NCBI GenBank assembly: GCA_034400015.1
Contig: DASCRU010000070.1
Span: 1 to 39,157 of the forward strand
Direction: 5' to 3'
From: Candidatus Thalassarchaeaceae archaeon
Lineage (GTDB): Archaea; Thermoplasmatota; Poseidoniia; Poseidoniales; Thalassarchaeaceae
DNA: 39,157 nt
Numbering within the stretch: the stretch's first letter is position 1; the number at the start of each line of letters is the position of its first letter. Below the pieces are notes generated by a model. It worked only from the letters and a program-made list of their open reading frames with translations. It was not told the origin of the DNA and ran no database searches. This document shows positions 33,836 through 39,157 of the stretch, in pieces. The translations under genes and the position numbers were made by a program.

Positions 33836-36800
33836 TCACGAAAGTCTCCATTGAACAATCGCTCCAGAGGGGATTTCTGCATTCCATCCGCCTTTACTCA
33901 AATCTACTTTCTTTCTCTTCGCATTTTCTAACATACTACATTCATGTACACGCTTTAAATCTAAATCGGATGAGATTCGTCCACTCCAATCAGAATCTGT
34001 AGGATTGTATACGCGAAGTACAATCGCCCCTTGATCTTCTGAAGGTTTGAAGGCGGAGAGTATTGGTTTGGGGCCCTCTCCTTCAAAGCGGATATGTTGA
34101 AGACTACGTCCTAGATTTCCAGGGGTTAGTGATTCTTCAAAGAACCCATTTGCTAGAGGTTTTCTTGTTGCAACTAACAAATTAGCTGATGCGGAGAAGC
34201 ATTCTGCAGCATGATGTATTGATTCACTTTGCCAATTCTCATCGAAAGGAAGAACAGACCATCGAGTAATCGATGATCCAATACATTGGGATCCAGGTGC
34301 AGGAAGTATAGCATCGGCAGCAGCATGCCTATGTGCAAACCCATTTTGTGACGTCCACCCTACAGAACGGACCAATGTTAGTGCTATGTCGTGCCCACCT
34401 GGGTCTACATCATCTGCAAGTATTATCTCGTATTCATTTACTCCAGGTGATAGTAGTGCTAATCCTCCATCGTTCAACCCATCATCTGTACCAGTTACAG
34501 CGACGAATCGCTCCATTGGTTGTGTTGGTACTAGAGGTTGCATCCAACTTTGGTCATGAGGGTGAAGCACTGGTCTCCGAACAACATCGAAGGGAGTTCC
34601 TGCATTGGATTCAGTTAAGTGCATTCCAGTAGGAATAATCAATCGAAGTCTGTGATCCTCGGCTTTGTTGTCTACCCAAGTTTCTACTTCTACATTTCTT
34701 TCACCTAATCGAAGTGTGATGAAATGGTCAATAGTGACTGGTGCCAATTCAACACTCCTGGTTTGATTAGTAGCATCAAGAAATGCTGGAAGGTTCCAAA
34801 TTATTCGAAGGTGAACAGTCGCTGACCATTCATCAGAGTGTTGCAAGTTACTGGTTGTCTGAATTCGAGTAATATCAGAATCATGGAGTCTCCTATCCAT
34901 CGGTTGAGCACGTAAATCCATGGGCTCATCTCTTTGACCGGGATGGCCTGCAGGACTATGGTCGTGAGAATCACCCGCATCTTCAACATCTTCCAGCCGT
35001 CCAATTCCTGGGAACCTACGTCCTGTAGAACGGTCAATCAAATCGAATCTTCCATCTGGGAGGAATTCAATTCGAATTTCTCCATTGTCTATTGCAGTGA
35101 CTTTGCCTCCATCTTGATCAACTTGAACAGGCTTCCCAGGGAGTGTAGATGGTGCAGCATGGCCAGGGATTGCATGGAGTACATGTATTCCAGGCGGTAA
35201 TCGATGAATTTGCACCCTTCCTCTGATTCGAGGGAGTTCAAGTTCGACGTGAGAATCTCTATGGAGATGCGTATCCACTTCTGGTGGGACTTGAATGATA
35301 TCGCTAATAATGACTGAATCTTTTGGGGCTTTAGAAAATTCGAGGTGCACTGGGTGACCAGCATCTAGCCAACACCGATATGCCGGAGTTACAATATCTA
35401 CTGGAAGCATCCCACTCCATTCTGTCCCCAATGGATTGTGTAATAGGATTGGTATTGCATCACGATCAATGTGGTGAAGATTCATTGAGTCTGCCAATTC
35501 TATTCGAACATCTTCAGTCACCATAGCCGCAGTTTCTTGTGCATGTCTGAATGAATCTTCCATATCCATATGGACTGTATCTGGAGAAACACCTCCAATT
35601 TCATGGAACCCATGATTTTGAAGTACAAGATCCCAAGCATTCTGTATCCTGTCCCACCTTTTTCTCCCATCATGGAACCAACTGAGAGCTGCTAATGGTT
35701 CGGTAGATTGGGTGATTGTTCGAATCGTATGATCATTCATTCTCTTGAGGTAAATTCTAGATGATAATGCCCCACTATGTAACATCCTATCCCATCCGTG
35801 ACGCATTTCTCCATCATACGAGTACAATTTTTTCCTTCCAACCCATGAACGTACATCCTTTCCGAATTGGGTGAAACTTGAATGCTCAAAAGTCACTTCC
35901 CCTTCCATTGCTTTGTTAGCGTCTGAAATTAGACTAGGTAGAGATGGTTGAGCCATTCCGTGACGGGTACTATTTCCAAAGACCATCATAGGTGGGAGCC
36001 AACCATATCTTTCTAGATGTAAATTTGAAAGTTCTCTAATTCTATCAGAAGCGGTTTCTGGATCCACATCCATGTTGTCCTTAGAATCAGTCTCTCTTTT
36101 CTCAAAACCCCAACCTCCCAATGCATTTCCACTAGGGACTTGTTTAATCGCTAGAACAGATGTATTTCCATCAGGTGAACTCCACTTGAAAACTCCTCTT
36201 GCATCTTGAATCCAAGGTCCAGCACCTCCATTGAAAATCAATTCATCCGAGCCAATATCAGAAAGTAAAGCAGGAAGTTGACTAACATGAGATGTACTTC
36301 GAGGCATTACTGTACTTCCCACATTCCCTCCAAATGATTTGATGGCCGAGACACCTTTTTGCAGATTTCGAATCAATGCTTCCCCACCTACTAGGAATTG
36401 GGCAGGAGGATTATACCATGGCCCTATATTCAATCGACCTTCAGAGATTAGAGCACCAACCCGTTCACGATTTTCAGGCCGGTAAGAGAGATATTCATCC
36501 AACATCAATGTCTGACCATCAAGATCGAAAGATGGAAAAGTACCTTCATTCGATTCTAGAAGAGTCAACAAATCATCCATCATGTCGAGAAGAAGATGTC
36601 GATTGGATGCAACTGAACGAACGGCTGTTCTAGGCCAAAGAGCGAATGGAACGATGTGCCCTGTTCGTTCAGTCTTTTCTAATTCATCATAGACTGATCC
36701 AGCGGGCGCGTGAACTTCTCTAGGCGTGATAGATACGGACGGCGGGGCATCTTCAGGATGACTTTCTGCAAGAGGAACTCGATTTGGCAAAGCGTCTAAT

Positions 36801-37321
36801 GATTCAACTTGAATCTCCATTGGTTTCCGAGTATCTGTGCCGAATTTATCCACAATTATGGGTTCACTATCAGAATTCTCATCATCATCATCAGATCCCT
36901 CATCATCAGATCCCTCATCATCAGATTCCTCATCATCAGATTCCTTCTCATCATCAGATTCCTCCTCCTCATCAGAATCTTCTTCGTCATCAGATTTTGA
37001 CGATATTGGAGGGCCCCGCATTGGGGGGCGTGAAGAAGGAGGTCCGGATGGTGGGCCTGAACTAGGTGGGCCTGAACTAGGTGGGCCTGAACTAGGTGGG
37101 CCTGAACTAGGTGGGCCTGAACTAGGTGGGCCTGAACTAGGTGGGCCTGAACTAGGTGGTCCAGATGATGGCGGTCCACGCGTAGGCGGTCCACGTGGAG
37201 GTCCGGAAGAGGCCTCAGTCTCCACGTTTTCTATTTCTTCTTCTTCTTCGTCTACGGGGCCAGTTGGTGGCCTAGAAGTCGGCGGCCCTCTTGGGGGGCC
37301 TTTGGAAGGGCCGGGCGCCAT
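33836..37321 (-). CDS. GH38-family (MngB/alpha-mannosidase-like) protein, probably non-catalytic, with a 167-aa low-complexity N-terminal extension
   Basis: The GH38 scaffold motifs RLNIGPWYNPPAQFLVGGEALIRNLQKG and DDHRLRLIIPTG are conserved. The metal and catalytic motifs look substituted (see findings). There is no signal peptide. A TATA-like TTCATTAT lies about 30 nt upstream of ATG 37321. An alternative internal start exists at 36820 (MEIQVESL). Confidence 0.75.
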   Translation of the reverse strand: MAPGPSKGPPRGPPTSRPPTGPVDEEEEEIENVETEASSGPPRGPPTRGPPSSGPPSSGPPSSGPPSSGPPSSGPPSSGPPSSGPPSSGPPSGPPSSRPPMRGPPISSKSDDEEDSDEEEESDDEKESDDEESDDEGSDDEGSDDDDENSDSEPIIVDKFGTDTRKPMEIQVESLDALPNRVPLAESHPEDAPPSVSITPREVHAPAGSVYDELEKTERTGHIVPFALWPRTAVRSVASNRHLLLDMMDDLLTLLESNEGTFPSFDLDGQTLMLDEYLSYRPENRERVGALISEGRLNIGPWYNPPAQFLVGGEALIRNLQKGVSAIKSFGGNVGSTVMPRSTSHVSQLPALLSDIGSDELIFNGGAGPWIQDARGVFKWSSPDGNTSVLAIKQVPSGNALGGWGFEKRETDSKDNMDVDPETASDRIRELSNLHLERYGWLPPMMVFGNSTRHGMAQPSLPSLISDANKAMEGEVTFEHSSFTQFGKDVRSWVGRKKLYSYDGEMRHGWDRMLHSGALSSRIYLKRMNDHTIRTITQSTEPLAALSWFHDGRKRWDRIQNAWDLVLQNHGFHEIGGVSPDTVHMDMEDSFRHAQETAAMVTEDVRIELADSMNLHHIDRDAIPILLHNPLGTEWSGMLPVDIVTPAYRCWLDAGHPVHLEFSKAPKDSVIISDIIQVPPEVDTHLHRDSHVELELPRIRGRVQIHRLPPGIHVLHAIPGHAAPSTLPGKPVQVDQDGGKVTAIDNGEIRIEFLPDGRFDLIDRSTGRRFPGIGRLEDVEDAGDSHDHSPAGHPGQRDEPMDLRAQPMDRRLHDSDITRIQTTSNLQHSDEWSATVHLRIIWNLPAFLDATNQTRSVELAPVTIDHFITLRLGERNVEVETWVDNKAEDHRLRLIIPTGMHLTESNAGTPFDVVRRPVLHPHDQSWMQPLVPTQPMERFVAVTGTDDGLNDGGLALLSPGVNEYEIILADDVDPGGHDIALTLVRSVGWTSQNGFAHRHAAADAILPAPGSQCIGSSITRWSVLPFDENWQSESIHHAAECFSASANLLVATRKPLANGFFEESLTPGNLGRSLQHIRFEGEGPKPILSAFKPSEDQGAIVLRVYNPTDSDWSGRISSDLDLKRVHECSMLENAKRKKVDLSKGGWNAEIPSGAIVQWRLS
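36886..36996 (-). repeat. In-frame 15-bp tandem array (degenerating) encoding acidic pentapeptides (DDEGS/DDEES/SDDEx)
   Basis: CATCATCAGATCCCT occurs at 36886-36900 and 36901-36915. CATCATCAGATTCCT occurs at 36916-36930 and 36931-36945. Degenerate copies continue to about 36996. Confidence 0.85.
37051..37155 (-). repeat. Seven perfect in-frame 15-bp tandem repeats encoding (GPPSS)n
   Basis: GTGGGCCTGAACTAG occurs 7 times back-to-back (37051-37155). Degenerate copies flank it on both sides (37039-37050 and 37156-37170). Confidence 0.95.
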
Positions 37322-37413
37322 GACTATCGATACAAGGCTGAGATAATGAAACTGCCTCGGAATATGTCCGATTGTTGAGTCATGCTCAAGGAGGATAATG
37401 CTACCCGAGTATC

Positions 37414-38310
37414 ATGGCTGCCGGGCCGGTTGAGGCTGAATTAGTTAGTGGAGAGGTAGGACAAAAGGGTTCTAGTTTCGCTCTAAAGGTTGCTAGTAAG
37501 TATCCATTTGGTCGAAAAGAGGATCCCTCTAAATCAGAATTATTACGCGCAGTATGGATGTCCACTATTATCTTCACAATACCATTTATCGCTGCAATCC
37601 CACTATTGAATCCTGAACCGGAAAGTGAGGTAGAGGATTGGTTTGCTGAATGGTCAACACAATCTTGGTCCACTGAAGTAGGTCAGACAATTTCAAGTGG
37701 TTCTAGAGTTGAAGCAATGGTCACAGTAGACCAAGGTGGATTAATCGGAGCTAATTACACTGTGGAAAATCAGGGAGGAAATCTAATGGGTTTTGATTGT
37801 GAACCACAATGGTTGGTTGAATTACGTGCCCCTGATCCTGTAAATTTCTCTGATGGAACCAATAGTACATCGTGGTCAGCAGAGAATTGGGAAGGTTCTG
37901 ACTCTGTTGTAATCAATACTCCGTTGCCAGAAATTGAAGCCAAGTCTAGTGACGAACTCCAGGAGGCGATTTTCAATCTCAAGAGTGATACGCAGGTTTG
38001 GATGCATGGGAAAGGAGAATGGCTCCTTTCAGTTACAAATCAAGGTAGTGAAGGCACTTTGGGTAACTGTGGTGGTCAGCAGGTCACGTTTAATATCAAT
38101 CTCACAGTGACAAATTGGAGAGAACCTAGATTTGCAGATGGGGATTTTAATTTCACAACATCGACAGTTGGTGGTGGAACTCCAATAGGAACATTTGTCA
38201 CTCTTGGTGGTTCAGTCCCCCTTCTTCTAATTGCAGCAGTGGTTACATTGGGATTACGTAATTCAGAAAGCGATGATTCTGTAGAGAAAAATCGAGATGA
38301 GATGAATTAG
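37414..38310 (+). CDS. Hypothetical surface protein with N-terminal signal/anchor helix and C-terminal TM anchor
   Basis: The hydrophobic segments are MSTIIFTIPFIAAIPLL and, near the C-terminus, VPLLLIAAVVTLGL followed by RN. The middle part is Trp/Asn/Thr-rich and looks extracellular. The start is uncertain (37414 or 37558). Confidence 0.55.
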   Translation: MAAGPVEAELVSGEVGQKGSSFALKVASKYPFGRKEDPSKSELLRAVWMSTIIFTIPFIAAIPLLNPEPESEVEDWFAEWSTQSWSTEVGQTISSGSRVEAMVTVDQGGLIGANYTVENQGGNLMGFDCEPQWLVELRAPDPVNFSDGTNSTSWSAENWEGSDSVVINTPLPEIEAKSSDELQEAIFNLKSDTQVWMHGKGEWLLSVTNQGSEGTLGNCGGQQVTFNINLTVTNWREPRFADGDFNFTTSTVGGGTPIGTFVTLGGSVPLLLIAAVVTLGLRNSESDDSVEKNRDEMN

Positions 38311-38340
38311 TCTAGTTAAAAGAATAGATTAAGGTGTTTC

Positions 38341-38874
38341 ATGGACATATTTACTCATTTTATTATCGGGGCAAGCATTGGTGAAGCTGCTCCAAAAGAT
38401 ATCAAAAATCGACATGCCATTGGTGCTGCCTTTGCTTTACTTCCAGATATTACTAATTTATTACTTGTCCATCCTTATCTTGGATGGTTGGCTGGAAGGA
38501 CAATTCCATTTGCATATGCTGAAGATTTCCTTTCTCATCCTGAGATTCTTAATCATTGGACCTATCATGTTTGGTTATTCTCGCATGGTTTGATTTTTTG
38601 GTTATTTTTTGTACTTCCTTTTTGGCGCAAACATCGTGCTGCCCCTCTTGCAATTATTGCTTACCTTTCCCATGTTCTGATGGATATCCCCTCCCATACT
38701 GGGATTTATGGGACTCAACCGTTCTACCCCTTGCCTCTAATTTTCGATGGTTGGTTTGATGCATGGCTTTGGGGGCCGTTGGAAATATTGGGTAGTGCGT
38801 TCTTTTGCACATGTATTTTTTTAATTATTAGACAATCCCGAAAGTATTGGAAATGGGAATCAGAGAAAATATAA
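38341..38874 (+). CDS. YdjM/DUF457-like membrane-bound metal-dependent hydrolase family protein
   Basis: MDIFTHFIIGASIG is the typical family N-terminus. It has 4-5 TM segments with conserved His residues (SHG, SHVLMDIPSH). AAGGTG lies 5 nt upstream of the ATG. Confidence 0.6.
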   Translation: MDIFTHFIIGASIGEAAPKDIKNRHAIGAAFALLPDITNLLLVHPYLGWLAGRTIPFAYAEDFLSHPEILNHWTYHVWLFSHGLIFWLFFVLPFWRKHRAAPLAIIAYLSHVLMDIPSHTGIYGTQPFYPLPLIFDGWFDAWLWGPLEILGSAFFCTCIFLIIRQSRKYWKWESEKI

Positions 38875-38876
38875 TT

Positions 38877-39157
38877 TTATTTATTTGCATCTTGAAGAGA
38901 TTTCAGAGTTGCATCTTTTCCATGTCCATGAGTGATTAAACCATGAAGGAATCCGCCGATCCACTCGCCTAGGGCCTCTTCTCCAGTGTTTTCTATCTCT
39001 GCAACTCCGTAAGAATGAGCATCTGCCCCCCATCCTCCATCTTGATTTTCTCTTGCAATTAAATGAGGTATCAATGTCTTTTGTTGGATTAGTTCTAGTG
39101 ATTTAATTTGGTGTTCTTTGGTCTGAGGGATATCCCATTCATCATGTGCCGTGATTA
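38877..39157 (-). CDS. C-terminal part of a CDS truncated by the right window edge; carries a prenyltransferase/squalene-cyclase-type QxxDGGWG repeat
   Basis: The reading frame is open from the window edge: ...ITAHDEWDIPQTKEHQIKSLELIQQKTLIPHLIARENQDGGWGADAHSYG.... The ORF-track TTG start at 39074 is therefore probably internal. ENQDGGWG is the alpha/alpha-toroid repeat signature. Confidence 0.5.
   Translation of the reverse strand, partial: ITAHDEWDIPQTKEHQIKSLELIQQKTLIPHLIARENQDGGWGADAHSYGVAEIENTGEEALGEWIGGFLHGLITHGHGKDATLKSLQDANK

Noticed and set aside
37051-37155. Tandem direct repeats (also at 7416-7498) considered as a possible CRISPR or minisatellite.
   Set aside because: The units are contiguous with no spacers, are 15 or 24 bp long (multiples of 3), and are in frame within long ORFs. 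No cas genes are present. They are coding repeats, not CRISPR.
31711-37321. Idea that GH38 plus the GHMP sugar kinase form a mannoside hydrolysis and mannose phosphorylation salvage pathway.
   Set aside because: The GH38-like protein appears to lack its catalytic and metal residues, and a NERD-S1 gene separates the two. The functional link is too weak to assert.
36837-37346. 169-aa + strand ORF and 112-aa minus-strand ORF (36856-37194) across the repeat region.
   Set aside because: All frames stay open only because of the 15-bp tandem repeats. The frame continuous with the GH38-like body is the coherent one.

Overview
Archaeal chromosomal window with about 37 tightly packed protein-coding genes. 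I saw no rRNA, tRNA, CRISPR array, transposase or integrase. Archaeal origin is supported directly by a TATA-binding protein gene, a complete archaellum operon (arlB, an unknown gene, then arlF-G-H-I-J), an archaeal-type SepF and a mevalonate kinase. The gene content includes FixCX/ETF-QO, a K+-type membrane pyrophosphatase and giant PKD/CARDB-like surface proteins, with moderate-low GC. This resembles planktonic Thermoplasmatota such as Marine Group II, but that is inference only. Housekeeping content: fixX-fixC, mvk, tbp, sepF, bcp, a flavin-reductase-like gene, nth overlapping polX, an Nfu-like gene, hppA, an esterase, a Grx-like gene and a GHMP sugar kinase. Items most worth a second look: (1) a translationally coupled three-gene module at 11563-17536, directly upstream of the archaellum operon: a small helical protein, a 1570-aa multi-beta-sandwich surface protein with a polytopic C-terminal membrane base, and a signal-less protein with the same beta-sandwich type. 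(2) A GH38 (MngB/alpha-mannosidase-like) protein in which every canonical metal-binding and catalytic motif appears substituted. It also carries a 167-aa disordered N-terminus built from two adjacent pentapeptide arrays, including 7 perfect 15-bp DNA repeats. (3) A NERD-S1 fusion protein translationally coupled to a GHMP kinase and a CYYC glutaredoxin-like protein. (4) A TBP with a ~60-aa insertion inside its second repeat. (5) An unrecognisable 266-aa protein in the ArlC/D/E slot of the archaellum operon. (6) A perfect 9-1-9 palindrome in an AT-rich spacer in front of an operon made of a Cys-free RHH-like protein, a peroxiredoxin and a flavin-reductase-like protein. All family assignments are by-eye motif recognition. 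No searches were run.
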